A stretch of 64,000 nt of DNA from a virus: UHGV virus genome UHGV-0021788. One strand, written 5' to 3'. A program made the translations under genes and the position numbers. This document shows positions 36,612-46,059 of the stretch, piece by piece (positions within the stretch are counted from its first letter, which is position 1; each line of letters starts with the position of its first letter). The notes below the pieces were generated by a model that saw only the letters and a program-made list of their open reading frames with translations, had not been told where the DNA came from and did not search any database.

Positions 36612-36851
36612 TTATTTAAAACTCAATACAATATCATGTGCTTTTATGATTTGATTATATTTATATTCATCTCTAATTTCATTAATACTATCATATATTC
36701 TTACATTATCAGTTGTTTCAGTTAAATCTATAGTAATAGCTTTTTGTTTAATATCGTCCCAACCTATTAATAAATAGCTATTTCCATCTATAATTATATC
36801 TCCATCAGTAGCCGAACTTCCTTTAGGGTAGTTTTTCTTTTTAATTTCCAT
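36612..36851 (-). CDS. Hypothetical protein (79 aa).
   Basis: ORF with RBS GGAGAGATGATATATG. No recognisable motif. Confidence 0.35.
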   Translation of the reverse strand: MEIKKKNYPKGSSATDGDIIIDGNSYLLIGWDDIKQKAITIDLTETTDNVRIYDSINEIRDEYKYNQIIKAHDIVLSFK

Positions 36852-36883
36852 ATATCATCTCTCCTTTATTTTTTTATAATATT

Positions 36884-37630
36884 TTATTTATCTTTATCAA
36901 TTCTAGGATATGGATTTTTACAACTCATGTCGCCCTCATTACATTTACCTCTTACACAATCTGCACCAGCATATTTAAATAAGGTAGGTGCTACTTCTCT
37001 ACATAGTCTTAACATTTCATTAGCTAATTCACATATAGGTTCTTGTGCCCTATGACAACATCTTTTATTAAAGAAATGTAATAATTCTCTTACATTCATA
37101 GTCATTACTATTTTAGTTTCACAAGCATTAGGTAACATACCTCTTGCATTTTCATTTGCTACTTTTTCTGCATTCATACCATTAGTTGGATAATCATTTG
37201 TTTCTACATATTCTTTTATTATTTTTTGCCATTTAATATATTTGTCTAATATTTCCATCATATCTTCATGCCATTCATCTGTCATATTCATTTCTTTTAC
37301 TACATTAGGAGTAGTGTGTTTAAATGTTTCATCAAGATTAACATATCTTTGAGATTGTTGACTATATGAAGCTACCCTGTGACGGACAATTTGATGTGAA
37401 ATTGTTCTATCAATTCCTTCAATAGCAAATGTAAACGAAACATGTTCTAATGGACTATCGTGACCTATTTCAACTAGATGTGTTAAAAATTTTTCTATTT
37501 TTTCAGGAGTAAGTTTCTCCATTATTTCGTCTACACCAACTTTACTATAGCATAATTTTGCAGATTGAGCAATTACTTCCTCCGGATTTGGTGTATGTGC
37601 TAATATTTTTACTTTTAATAAATCATTCAT
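36884..37630 (-). CDS. thyX: Flavin-dependent thymidylate synthase ThyX.
   Basis: ThyX signature 'RHRVASYSQQSQRY' (RHRxxSxxxxSxR). RBS AAAGGAGAGAGATATTATG. Confidence 0.8.
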   Translation of the reverse strand: MNDLLKVKILAHTPNPEEVIAQSAKLCYSKVGVDEIMEKLTPEKIEKFLTHLVEIGHDSPLEHVSFTFAIEGIDRTISHQIVRHRVASYSQQSQRYVNLDETFKHTTPNVVKEMNMTDEWHEDMMEILDKYIKWQKIIKEYVETNDYPTNGMNAEKVANENARGMLPNACETKIVMTMNVRELLHFFNKRCCHRAQEPICELANEMLRLCREVAPTLFKYAGADCVRGKCNEGDMSCKNPYPRIDKDK

Positions 37631-37813
37631 AATATCTCTCTCCTTTTTATATTATTATTATCTATTTTCTTTTTCTTCTATTTCTTTTTGCATTTCTTTT
37701 CTTACTGCTTCTTTGTACATTGTTTAATAATATTTGAAAAGAATATCTAGCTCTATCTATTCCTTGTAATTCATTTACCATATTTACCAACTCCTTAATA
37801 ATCATTTACTTAT

Positions 37814-37842
37814 ATTATACTATTATTCTTGTTAAAAGTAAA
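37814..37842 (-). promoter_or_regulatory. Early promoter (conserved phage promoter family, -35 TTTACT, N17, TATAAT) upstream of thyX.
   Basis: + strand 'ACTTATATTATACTATTATTCTTGTTAAAAGTAAAG' is the reverse complement of TTTACT-N17-TATAAT-ATAAGT. Confidence 0.5.
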
Positions 37843-37848
37843 GTATTT

Positions 37849-38166
37849 TTATATTAACATTGCAAATCTTGATATTTCAAAACCATTTAAGTAATATGTG
37901 AATTCATATATTTTTAATTCATCCATTCTTTTTTCTTCTTTAGTATGCATACTTAATGGATATATGGTTAAACTTTGCATTTTTTCTTTTAACTCATTAG
38001 CAAAATGAAACAATTCTTCTTTCTTCCATTCTGTAAATTTATTAGTATCATAACATATTAATTCACATCTTGATTCAAATCTTAATATTCTTTCATTAAA
38101 ATATTTTATCTCAATATCTACAAAATTCATTAACTTATTTCTATCATTATTATATTCGTCTCCCAT
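37849..38166 (-). CDS. Hypothetical protein (105 aa).
   Basis: RBS AAGGAGGGTATTAATG. Confidence 0.35.
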   Translation of the reverse strand: MGDEYNNDRNKLMNFVDIEIKYFNERILRFESRCELICYDTNKFTEWKKEELFHFANELKEKMQSLTIYPLSMHTKEEKRMDELKIYEFTYYLNGFEISRFAMLI

Positions 38167-38178
38167 TAATACCCTCCT

Positions 38179-38625
38179 TTATATTTCATCATATTTAAGA
38201 CAATTAATACCTCTTAAAGATGCTAATTTCTTACTTAATGGTGCATCATAATCTTCTAAATATATTATTGTATTTATACCACTGTTAATAATTGCTTTCA
38301 TACAATTAACGCATGGAAAAGTTGTTACATAAAGAGTAGCACTTTCACAAGATACTCCTACTCTAGCACATTGTAAAATTGCATTCATTTCTGCATGAAC
38401 AGCAAAACAAGTATCTAAATTTTCTCCACTTTTACTTTCTTTTCTTATACAATAACCTTTATCATAACAAGTTTCTATACCTTGTGGTGAACCATTGTAT
38501 CCTGTTGCTAATATTCTTTTATCTTTTACTATTACTGCTCCTACTTGTCTTGATAAACAACTAGAACGTTTGGCTATATCTAAACATACTGTCATAAAAT
38601 ATTCTTCCCATGTTAATCTTCGCAT
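38179..38625 (-). CDS. dCMP deaminase (ComEB/Dcd family zinc deaminase).
   Basis: 'HAEMNAI' and 'PCVNCMKAI' zinc-binding motifs. Confidence 0.8.
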   Translation of the reverse strand: MRRLTWEEYFMTVCLDIAKRSSCLSRQVGAVIVKDKRILATGYNGSPQGIETCYDKGYCIRKESKSGENLDTCFAVHAEMNAILQCARVGVSCESATLYVTTFPCVNCMKAIINSGINTIIYLEDYDAPLSKKLASLRGINCLKYDEI

Positions 38626-38677
38626 TTAATCATCTCCTTTATTTATATTATACTATTAATATTATAAAAAGTAAATA

Positions 38678-38710
38678 AAATCCTAAGAAAAAATTCTTAG
38701 GATTTTTTAA
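38678..38710 (-). terminator. Rho-independent terminator after the permease gene.
   Basis: ATCCTAAGAA-aaaa-TTCTTAGGAT with a T-run on the - strand. Confidence 0.6.
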
Positions 38711-39889
38711 TTATTTCAATTCTTTATGATTTAAGATTATATTTAATATAACTCCAACTATAGCAGATAATGCTAAAGAAGATAATGACACAATTCCTAA
38801 TGTTAATGTAAATCCACCTAATCCTATAATTAGCATAATTATTATAATAATTATATTTTTTATAGATTTATATGATTTATTATCTTTTAATGATTTCATA
38901 CCAACCCAAGCTATCATAAAATAAAGTTGTAAACTAATTGCTCCAACAACAAAACTAGGGATTGATTGTAATGTTCCACTAAAATAACCACATAAAGATA
39001 AAATTATAGCTAATATTCCAGCCCTTCTAGTTAACTTACTATCATATTGTTTTGTTAAAGCTAATACTGAAGTTGATTCTCCATAAGTAGTATTTCCTAC
39101 GCTTCCAAATAATCCTCCTAATGCAGTAGCTAAACCATCTGCAATTAATGTTCTGTGCAAACCAGGATTTTCTATGAAATTTTTATTAGTAACAACACCC
39201 AATGTAGTTATGTCTCCTATATGCTCTAAACAAGTTACTAATGCAACTGGAGCAACAATCATAATTGCAGTTAAATCGAATTTGGGTAATACTATACTAG
39301 GTAACATTATGCTTTGTGATTGTGTTACAATAGAAAAATCAACTAAACCACATAAAATAGATATTGCATATCCAACTAATAATGCTATCATTATTCCCAA
39401 TTGTTTTAATAATCCTTTTCCAAATAATAAAATTAATAATGATATACTTAAAGATATTATAGCTATTAATATATTTCCTTGTATATTCGTTATAGCACTA
39501 GGAACTAAAGATAATCCAATTATTATTATCATTGTTCCTGTTATATGAGGTGGTAATATTTTATTAATTTTGTTTACGCCTATTTTATAAATCAATAACG
39601 CAAATACAATATATATTAATCCTACTATTATAAATCCACCACAACTATATTCATAACCATATTGTGAAACAATAATAGACATAGGTGTTATAAAGGCAAA
39701 ACTAGAACCTAAAAATGCTGGAACTTTATTTTTTGTAATAAAACCAAATAACAAAGTACCAATTCCAGCAGTGAATAACGCAGTAGATGGAGGAAATCCA
39801 ACTAATAATGGCACGAGCGTAGTTGCTCCTACGCAAGCCAATAATATTTGTAAACTTAATAACCATTCTTTTACATTTTGTTTTTTCAT
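38711..39889 (-). CDS. NCS2-family nucleobase (uracil/xanthine-type) permease.
   Basis: Multi-TM. 'LQILLACVGATTLVPLLVGF...GIGTLLFGFITKNKVPAFLGSSFAFITP' closely resembles UraA/PyrP N-terminal motifs. Confidence 0.6.
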   Translation of the reverse strand: MKKQNVKEWLLSLQILLACVGATTLVPLLVGFPPSTALFTAGIGTLLFGFITKNKVPAFLGSSFAFITPMSIIVSQYGYEYSCGGFIIVGLIYIVFALLIYKIGVNKINKILPPHITGTMIIIIGLSLVPSAITNIQGNILIAIISLSISLLILLFGKGLLKQLGIMIALLVGYAISILCGLVDFSIVTQSQSIMLPSIVLPKFDLTAIMIVAPVALVTCLEHIGDITTLGVVTNKNFIENPGLHRTLIADGLATALGGLFGSVGNTTYGESTSVLALTKQYDSKLTRRAGILAIILSLCGYFSGTLQSIPSFVVGAISLQLYFMIAWVGMKSLKDNKSYKSIKNIIIIIIMLIIGLGGFTLTLGIVSLSSLALSAIVGVILNIILNHKELK

Positions 39890-39935
39890 TATATCAAATC
39901 CTTTCTCTATCTCTCGTGGATAGAATTAAAATTAT

Positions 39936-40643
39936 TTAATCATTTATTTCTACTTCATAATCATACATAGCATCATATAACTTTTTAGATATGTATGGTT
40001 TATATTCATTAGCTATTTGTTTAATATATTTTTCTTTTTCTATTTTATATACATTAAATGCTTCTTCTACTGTAGAATAACATCCTAAATATCTTTTTCT
40101 ACTATCATTAAACTCACATTGTGATATATATTTTCCATTTTTATGTTTATATACGCCTATAGGATATTTTCCTCTTTTAATATCTGTCTTTGTAAATATT
40201 TTATTTATTCTTTGAGGTACAAAAACACAAGTTTTAGGAGAGTATATTTTATTTCCTTTTATTAATATATCTTTATCTAAACACATAGTTTCTTTTTCAA
40301 TCTCATAGTAATTTTCTTCAAACCATTTAGCAAAGTTTTGGAAATTATGCCATTCTTCACAAACATAACAATCTTCATACGTATTATATTTTTCTTTCCA
40401 TAATTTACTATATCCTCTTTCCAACATTCTCATCCATTCATGGTAACATTTTGTTTCCTTATTGTTTTCTCTAAATTTATATTTACCTTCACCTAAATAT
40501 CCAATATCTCTAAACCTTTTTTCATAAGGGCATATGATACTACCATTTTTAAAATGCTCATATCTACTATGTTTAAAAGTCCAATTATATTCCTCAAAAT
40601 AAACATCTATATCCTTAGCATTTCTATATTCAATTATTTTCAT
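39936..40643 (-). CDS. Free-standing HNH-type homing endonuclease with a C-terminal AP2-like DNA-binding domain.
   Basis: 'CLDKDILIKGNKIYSPKTCVFVPQRIN' (degenerate HNH). 'GVYKHKNGKYISQCEFNDSRKRYLGCYSTVEEA' (AP2). N-terminal module 'KIIEYRNAKDIDVYFEE' shared with the Zn-ribbon HEGs. Confidence 0.5.
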   Translation of the reverse strand: MKIIEYRNAKDIDVYFEEYNWTFKHSRYEHFKNGSIICPYEKRFRDIGYLGEGKYKFRENNKETKCYHEWMRMLERGYSKLWKEKYNTYEDCYVCEEWHNFQNFAKWFEENYYEIEKETMCLDKDILIKGNKIYSPKTCVFVPQRINKIFTKTDIKRGKYPIGVYKHKNGKYISQCEFNDSRKRYLGCYSTVEEAFNVYKIEKEKYIKQIANEYKPYISKKLYDAMYDYEVEIND

Positions 40644-40680
40644 TTTGCTACCAAAATTATTATAATTAATTTCTCCAATT

Positions 40681-42114
40681 CTATCTTCTTTTCTTATTTT
40701 TATTCACCTCTTCCAATAATGATGTTGCACATAAAATCCCCATACTGCATGCAGTTGTTAAACCACGCCCCATTCCACTACAGTCGCCTATAAAATATAC
40801 ATTTTTATTTGAACTCTTGCCATATTTATCAATTAACACTTTGTTAGAACATAGTTTCACTTCTAATCCATATAATAATGTTTTATCACCATTTATTCCT
40901 GGTACTATCTTATCTAATTCTTCTATAAATTCAAGTATACTTTGCAATGTTCTATATGGCATAGCACTTGTCAAATCTCCTGCATATGCTTTAGCAGTTG
41001 GTGTCACATCTAATTCTTTTAATCTTTCATCTGTACTTCTTCTTTTAAGTTTTATATCTTTTAAAGATTGTATTATAACAGAACCATTACCTAAAGAATT
41101 AACTGCTAAAGTTAAAGGATACACATAATTACTTAATGGGTCTTCCATATCTTCATTAAAATGTCTACTAACTAATATTGCAAAATTTGTATTATCAGAT
41201 TTTTTATTTCTAAAGCTATGACCATTAGCACAAAATAATTTTTTATCACCATATGGATAACTTTCTATTGTAACAAATCCACCTGGGTTAACACAAAAAG
41301 TTCTACAACTATCACCAAAAGAACTAGTAAAATATGTTTTAAGTTCATAAAAATTTCTATTTAACTTATCCATTATATCATTAGTTGTTTCTACTCTAAC
41401 ACCAATTTGAACTTCACCATTTTTATATTCAATGTTATTGTTATCACATATAGTTTTTACTAATTTATTACCACTTCTACCCATAGCAACAATTATTTTA
41501 TCACAACTTAAGTGTTTAATATTTCGACCCTTTTTATACCATATTTCATTAGATACATCATTTGCTATTATATCAATAACTTCACAATCAGGTATAATAT
41601 TAACATTGTTATCTTTTAAAAAGTCTAGCATTCTTTTATATATGATTCTTGAGTTTTCGCTTCCAAGATGAATAGTAATGCATTCTCCTATGTCTAATCT
41701 AGGATTATCTTTAATTATATCCATTATTTCTTTTGCTTCTTCAGTATGTTTTTTTCCATATGCTTTAGATTTAAATTCTTCTATTCCAAATTGTTGATAT
41801 ATTTCATATGTTTTTTTAAGATATTTAGTTATCTCTTCTTCAGTCATTAATTCAGCCATATCCCCACCTACTCTACCAGTAGTATCAAAGTTAAGTTTAC
41901 TATCTGAAAAAGAACCAGCTCCACCACAACCATGTGTTATAGAACATACCTTACATTTCTTACAAGATGTATCAGCAGTTACAAAACATTTTCTTTTATC
42001 TATTGTCTTACCTTTTTCTAACATTGTTATATCAGCACCATCAAATCCATTATTAATTAATTCTATTGCCGTAAATATTCCTGATGCACCTGTTCCAATA
42101 ATTCCTATATTCAA
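40681..42114 (-). CDS. FAD-dependent oxidoreductase (COG2509-like).
   Basis: Rossmann 'MNIGIIGTGASGIFTAIEL'. C-terminal 'YFIGDCSGMGRGLTTA'. Confidence 0.5.
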   Translation of the reverse strand: MNIGIIGTGASGIFTAIELINNGFDGADITMLEKGKTIDKRKCFVTADTSCKKCKVCSITHGCGGAGSFSDSKLNFDTTGRVGGDMAELMTEEEITKYLKKTYEIYQQFGIEEFKSKAYGKKHTEEAKEIMDIIKDNPRLDIGECITIHLGSENSRIIYKRMLDFLKDNNVNIIPDCEVIDIIANDVSNEIWYKKGRNIKHLSCDKIIVAMGRSGNKLVKTICDNNNIEYKNGEVQIGVRVETTNDIMDKLNRNFYELKTYFTSSFGDSCRTFCVNPGGFVTIESYPYGDKKLFCANGHSFRNKKSDNTNFAILVSRHFNEDMEDPLSNYVYPLTLAVNSLGNGSVIIQSLKDIKLKRRSTDERLKELDVTPTAKAYAGDLTSAMPYRTLQSILEFIEELDKIVPGINGDKTLLYGLEVKLCSNKVLIDKYGKSSNKNVYFIGDCSGMGRGLTTACSMGILCATSLLEEVNKNKKRR

Positions 42115-42146
42115 TCTATCATCTCCAATCCAATGTCTTTAATATT

Positions 42147-42175
42147 ATTATACTAATACTATTATTAAAAGTCAA
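42147..42175 (-). promoter_or_regulatory. Early promoter TTGACT-N17-TATAAT (conserved family) upstream of the oxidoreductase.
   Basis: + strand ATTATA 42147-52 and AGTCAA 42170-75. Confidence 0.55.
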
Positions 42176-42222
42176 CATTTTTATAAAAAAATAGGAAGAA
42201 AATTTCTTCCTATTTTATATTG

Positions 42223-42792
42223 TTATCTACTTGATGTTGTCCCGAAGCCACCTCTGTTTTCTGTACCTAAATCATCAGTTTCATTAAATTCAATAGATGG
42301 TGGAATCTTACATATTTCCATTTGACATATTTTGTCACCTTTTTTAATCCATGTACCACTTATTGTTACTTTATGTCCATTTATCACAACTTTTTCAGTT
42401 TGTTTTGCCATAGTACATTGACAAGGATACATATAGATATCATCATTGCCACAGTATGAATTATCTATTACACCAACATGATTGGTTTGTATTATTCCAA
42501 AGTTTTTAAAAGTTGAACTTCTAGGATATAATTTAGCCATATAACCTTCAGGTAATTTTAATGAAAATCCTAGAGATATCAATGCTTGACCCATATAAGG
42601 AACAAATACATCTTCATATGCATATAAGTCTATAAAATCACCTTTTGATATTTTAAATAATTTATTAGCACCTTCCAAATATTTTATATCTACTTTTAAA
42701 GTTTCAGTATCTTCCGGAGTATTTTCTATAATATTTTCTCCTTTTGTATCTTTTAGTCCTTTGAAATATTTATTTAAATCTATATTATCCAT
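42223..42792 (-). CDS. dut: dUTPase.
   Basis: 'HVGVIDNSYCGND', 'GDKICQMEI', C-terminal 'NRGGFGTTSSR' (dUTPase motifs 3-5). Confidence 0.7.
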   Translation of the reverse strand: MDNIDLNKYFKGLKDTKGENIIENTPEDTETLKVDIKYLEGANKLFKISKGDFIDLYAYEDVFVPYMGQALISLGFSLKLPEGYMAKLYPRSSTFKNFGIIQTNHVGVIDNSYCGNDDIYMYPCQCTMAKQTEKVVINGHKVTISGTWIKKGDKICQMEICKIPPSIEFNETDDLGTENRGGFGTTSSR

Positions 42793-43034
42793 TATTCATT
42801 TTCTCCTTTTTCTTTTTCTTCTTTTTCAGTTTCTCTTATAATTGCATTAATTTTGCCTATAATTATTTCATTCATTTTTGTTAATGCATCGCTTAATTCT
42901 TCTGAATCTTCTTTAGTCATTTTTTCTTTTATATCTATTTTTTTACCATTTATTTCTAATTCATATATTTCTAATGATAAAGTACCATTCTCACCAATTA
43001 ATAATTCACCTATTTGTTCTTTCACAAATATCAA
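42792..43034 (-). CDS. Hypothetical acidic protein (80 aa).
   Basis: Stop overlaps dut start. Promoter 43054-43082 immediately upstream. Confidence 0.35.
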   Translation of the reverse strand: MIFVKEQIGELLIGENGTLSLEIYELEINGKKIDIKEKMTKEDSEELSDALTKMNEIIIGKINAIIRETEKEEKEKGENE

Positions 43035-43053
43035 CTCCTTACACTTTATTTAT

Positions 43054-43082
43054 ATTATACTATTATTTTTCTTTATTGTCAA
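43054..43082 (-). promoter_or_regulatory. Early promoter TTGACA-N17-TATAAT.
   Basis: + strand ATTATA 43054-59, TGTCAA 43077-82. Confidence 0.55.
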
Positions 43083-43107
43083 GAGAAATTTTAAATTTTT
43101 TAATCAC

Positions 43108-44286
43108 CTATTTTATATTATTTAATTTTTTATATAAACACTTATTGCATTCTTCTCCTATTTTAAGATATTTTCTAACTACGTCATCGCTAATATTCAT
43201 TTTATTGGCTATGTCTATAACTTTATATTTATTATTCCATAGTTCCCATGTTTTAACACATAAACTATTTTGACTTTCTTCCCAAGCCAATTCCCAATCT
43301 ACATTAGATAAATCAAAACAATCACTAAGTTCTTTTATGATGTTTTCTTTTAACCATTCTAAAGTAGAATATCTACAATCTATTACTATATAATTGTTAA
43401 TATGATTCTTAGCACACTTATATTTAAATAAATCATTCATTTGTTCTTGTTCTAAAGTTCTACCTCTAGCACTACTTTCATAATGTTGTATCCCATTTAT
43501 TTCTATTATACTATTTGTTCTAGGTAAATAAAAATCATAATAGAAATAATTTTTATCACTAAATTTTTTAGAAGATAATTCTGCTATAAAATCTTCATTT
43601 AATTGTTTTAATATGTTAGCCATAAATTTATTTGGAATACTAATTCCATCAGAACAAATTTCACAAGAAAATCTTCTTCTTACTACATTATTTAATATTT
43701 TTTTATTTTTTGATATATTACCACAATCTAAACATTTAAAATAGTATTTTTTATCACTTCCACAAGATATATTATAACAATCTTCAAAAGTTAAATTATT
43801 TTCAGATATAGCAATCATTTTGGCTACATTTGGATAATTATATGCTAAACTATCTTTATAATGAGTTTTTTTTCTAGCATTACAATATCCACATCTACCT
43901 CCTCTGTAAAAATGGCTACAACTTATTTCATATCCAATTTTATTACCTTCTCTGTCATAATTATGATATTCATTTTCTAAACAATATAGCCAAACTTTTT
44001 TATTTGCCTGTTTTGATATTTCTTTTGGATTAACTTTATTCAGTTCCCAATTCCATATGTCATCTAAATTTAATCCTAATTCAATTTCTATATGATGTGC
44101 AAAACTTTCTTCATATCTAAAAGGATGTTTTATTTCACCTTTTTTAAAACTTCCATAACTTTTATTATAATTTATAGTATTATCTTCAAATTGAACATCT
44201 ATATCCTCATAACATCTATAAGTTATAATCGTCATTTTTTCTCCTTGTGTATTTAGATTTGTTTCTCCAGTTCTGTCTTTTTTCAT
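43108..44286 (-). CDS. Free-standing homing endonuclease (Zn-ribbon/Cys-rich + Vsr-like/DUF559 nuclease + C-terminal HTH). The likely real start is the internal ATG at 44235.
   Basis: 'YDFYLPRTNSIIEINGIQHYE'. 'DIANKMNISDDVVRKYLK'. RBS GGAGAAAAA before ATG 44235. The annotated start overlaps the ruvC stop. Confidence 0.55.
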   Translation of the reverse strand: MKKDRTGETNLNTQGEKMTIITYRCYEDIDVQFEDNTINYNKSYGSFKKGEIKHPFRYEESFAHHIEIELGLNLDDIWNWELNKVNPKEISKQANKKVWLYCLENEYHNYDREGNKIGYEISCSHFYRGGRCGYCNARKKTHYKDSLAYNYPNVAKMIAISENNLTFEDCYNISCGSDKKYYFKCLDCGNISKNKKILNNVVRRRFSCEICSDGISIPNKFMANILKQLNEDFIAELSSKKFSDKNYFYYDFYLPRTNSIIEINGIQHYESSARGRTLEQEQMNDLFKYKCAKNHINNYIVIDCRYSTLEWLKENIIKELSDCFDLSNVDWELAWEESQNSLCVKTWELWNNKYKVIDIANKMNISDDVVRKYLKIGEECNKCLYKKLNNIK

Positions 44287-44287
44287 T

Positions 44288-44800
44288 TTAAACCTCTCTT
44301 TTCATTTTCTTATACATATATAAACCAGTCACAATAGCATCGTAAATATCACTTGTTTTTTCTATTTCTTTTGTTTGTTTATCACTATATTCTCCAATAT
44401 CTATATAATTTTCTCTGATATAATTTGCTACTCTTTCTTTTGTAGCATTACCTACACCAATTACCCCTTTTCTTATTGTTGATGGCATATATACACCAAT
44501 TACAATATTTTTTTTATATGACATTAATGCTTGGCATACAAACCCACATAATCTTGCTAACAAAGTAGATGTCTTTGGGTTTACACCAGTATAAGTATTT
44601 TCTATTGCTACATAAGATATATCATATTTTTCAGCTAATTCTTTTAATGTATTTGCTATATAATGCATTCTTTTTTCATCTGACCTATTAAAATCAGATG
44701 ATTTAGTGCATATTTTTCCACAATATATAATTTCATCATCATTTAATATCGCAAAACCTGTTGAGCTTAATGATAAGTCTAAAGATAATATTTTTTTCAT
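44288..44800 (-). CDS. RuvC-like Holliday-junction resolvase.
   Basis: 'KILSLDLSLSSTGFAIL' (RuvC motif I Asp), 'VAIEN' (Glu), 'DIYDAI' (C-terminal Asp). Confidence 0.6.
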   Translation of the reverse strand: MKKILSLDLSLSSTGFAILNDDEIIYCGKICTKSSDFNRSDEKRMHYIANTLKELAEKYDISYVAIENTYTGVNPKTSTLLARLCGFVCQALMSYKKNIVIGVYMPSTIRKGVIGVGNATKERVANYIRENYIDIGEYSDKQTKEIEKTSDIYDAIVTGLYMYKKMKREV

Positions 44801-44968
44801 CTATTCATTTTCACCTTCTTTAGTATAGTAATATTCTTTTTCTAATAGAAATATTATTAAAGAAGATGTTTTTTTGCCATATTTTTCACATAATTCATCA
44901 AGTATTTTTTCTTCTCTTTCATTTACTCTAAATGAAATGGTTCTACTTTTATTACTCAAAATATTCAC
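44801..44968 (-). CDS. Small ribbon-helix-helix (CopG/Arc-like) protein with GTG start; absent from the ORF track.
   Basis: Translation MNILSNKSRTISFRVNEREEKILDELCEKYGKKTSSLIIFLLEKEYYYTKEGENE. RBS GGAGAG. Stop TAG abuts the ruvC ATG. A 15-bp perfect inverted repeat lies just upstream. Confidence 0.4.
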   Translation of the reverse strand: MNILSNKSRTISFRVNEREEKILDELCEKYGKKTSSLIIFLLEKEYYYTKEGENE

Positions 44969-44983
44969 TCTCCATATAATTTG

Positions 44984-45026
44984 TTATAATGTAATACAAA
45001 ATATTATAAAATGTATTACATTATAA
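44984..45026 (-). promoter_or_regulatory. Perfect 15-bp inverted repeat (TTATAATGTAATACA / TGTATTACATTATAA) spanning a TTATAAT -10-like element: putative RHH operator.
   Basis: Arms at 44984-44998 and 45012-45026, 13-nt AT loop, immediately upstream of the RHH ORF. Confidence 0.4.
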
Positions 45027-45044
45027 CTATAAGACTATTATGTT

Positions 45045-45686
45045 TTATTTTTTCTTTGTTTTCTTATTTTTACTTTCCTCGCATTCTTTAATATGTTTAT
45101 TTATTATAACTTCTACTTCTCTAATTGCTTCATCTAATCGACCATTATTATTTTTTATTTCATTATATACAGTATGAACTCTAAAAGGCATAAAACGTTC
45201 ATAGTCATCTTTTAATCTTCTATCAACTTCTGCTTCTAAATCACCTCTAGCTAATGCTCTAGCTTTTATTTCTTCTTGTGGAGCAGTTATAAATATTGGA
45301 ACTATCTTATTATTACCTACATATGCTTTAAGTTCTTTAAAACCAATTGAATCAACTATAACTATTAAATAATCATCTTTTTCCAATTCTGCTCTTTCTA
45401 TACCATATCTCCAAGTCGCATCTTTTTCTATACCATTTTCTTCTATTTTAGTATGATATGCTCTTTGTTCAACAAAATCTGTTCCTCTTTCAAAAAAATC
45501 TTTATCATTAATAAAATAATATTCTACACCTTCTGTTTCACCATTTCTCATAGGTCTAGTTGTTGTACTAATTATTGGTTTAACCATATCTAAATCTTTT
45601 AATATTTGTTTTAATATAGTATCTTTACCAGAACTACAATATCCGAGTAATGCGAATATTTTCTTAGCTTTTACATTTCTACTCAT
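45045..45686 (-). CDS. Guanylate-kinase-like nucleoside monophosphate kinase.
   Basis: P-loop 'GYCSSGKDT'. 'ISTTTRPMRNGETEGVEYYFI' (GMP-kinase signature region). Confidence 0.6.
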   Translation of the reverse strand: MSRNVKAKKIFALLGYCSSGKDTILKQILKDLDMVKPIISTTTRPMRNGETEGVEYYFINDKDFFERGTDFVEQRAYHTKIEENGIEKDATWRYGIERAELEKDDYLIVIVDSIGFKELKAYVGNNKIVPIFITAPQEEIKARALARGDLEAEVDRRLKDDYERFMPFRVHTVYNEIKNNNGRLDEAIREVEVIINKHIKECEESKNKKTKKK

Positions 45687-45715
45687 TTACATCTCTCCTT
45701 TATTCATTTACTTAT

Positions 45716-45744
45716 ATTATACTAATGTTCTTATTAAAAGTCAA
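45716..45744 (-). promoter_or_regulatory. Early promoter TTGACT-N17-TATAAT, then RBS AAAGGAGAG, upstream of the kinase.
   Basis: + strand ATTATA 45716-21, AGTCAA 45739-44. Confidence 0.6.
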
Positions 45745-45962
45745 TTATTTTCTTCCCATTTTGTATTTTTATAATCTGCTTCTATTTTTTCTAATACTTC
45801 ATCAACTGTTAATTCACCACTTACACCTTTACTTAAAGAAAATAACATTGAACAATAATCATATATTGGACAAAATTCTTCACATTGCATGATTGTGTCG
45901 CATGGTAAATTAGAAAAATCAATTAATAATTCACTTAATTCTAAGAGTTTCTTTTCATCCAT
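45741..45962 (-). CDS. Hypothetical Cys-containing small protein (73 aa).
   Basis: RBS AGTAAAGGAGTTGATAATATG. Own promoter 45984-46012. Confidence 0.35.
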   Translation of the reverse strand: MDEKKLLELSELLIDFSNLPCDTIMQCEEFCPIYDYCSMLFSLSKGVSGELTVDEVLEKIEADYKNTKWEENN

Positions 45963-46013
45963 ATTATCAACTCCTTTACTTATATTATACTATTGATATT
46001 ATTAAAAGTCAAT

Positions 46014-46052
46014 ATAAAAAGAAAAAACCTAGATAAATTATTTATCTAGGTT
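46014..46052 (-). terminator. Rho-independent terminator after HEG 46060..47490.
   Basis: AACCTAGATAA-atta-TTTATCTAGGTT with a T-run on the - strand. Confidence 0.6.
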
Positions 46053-46059
46053 TTAAATT

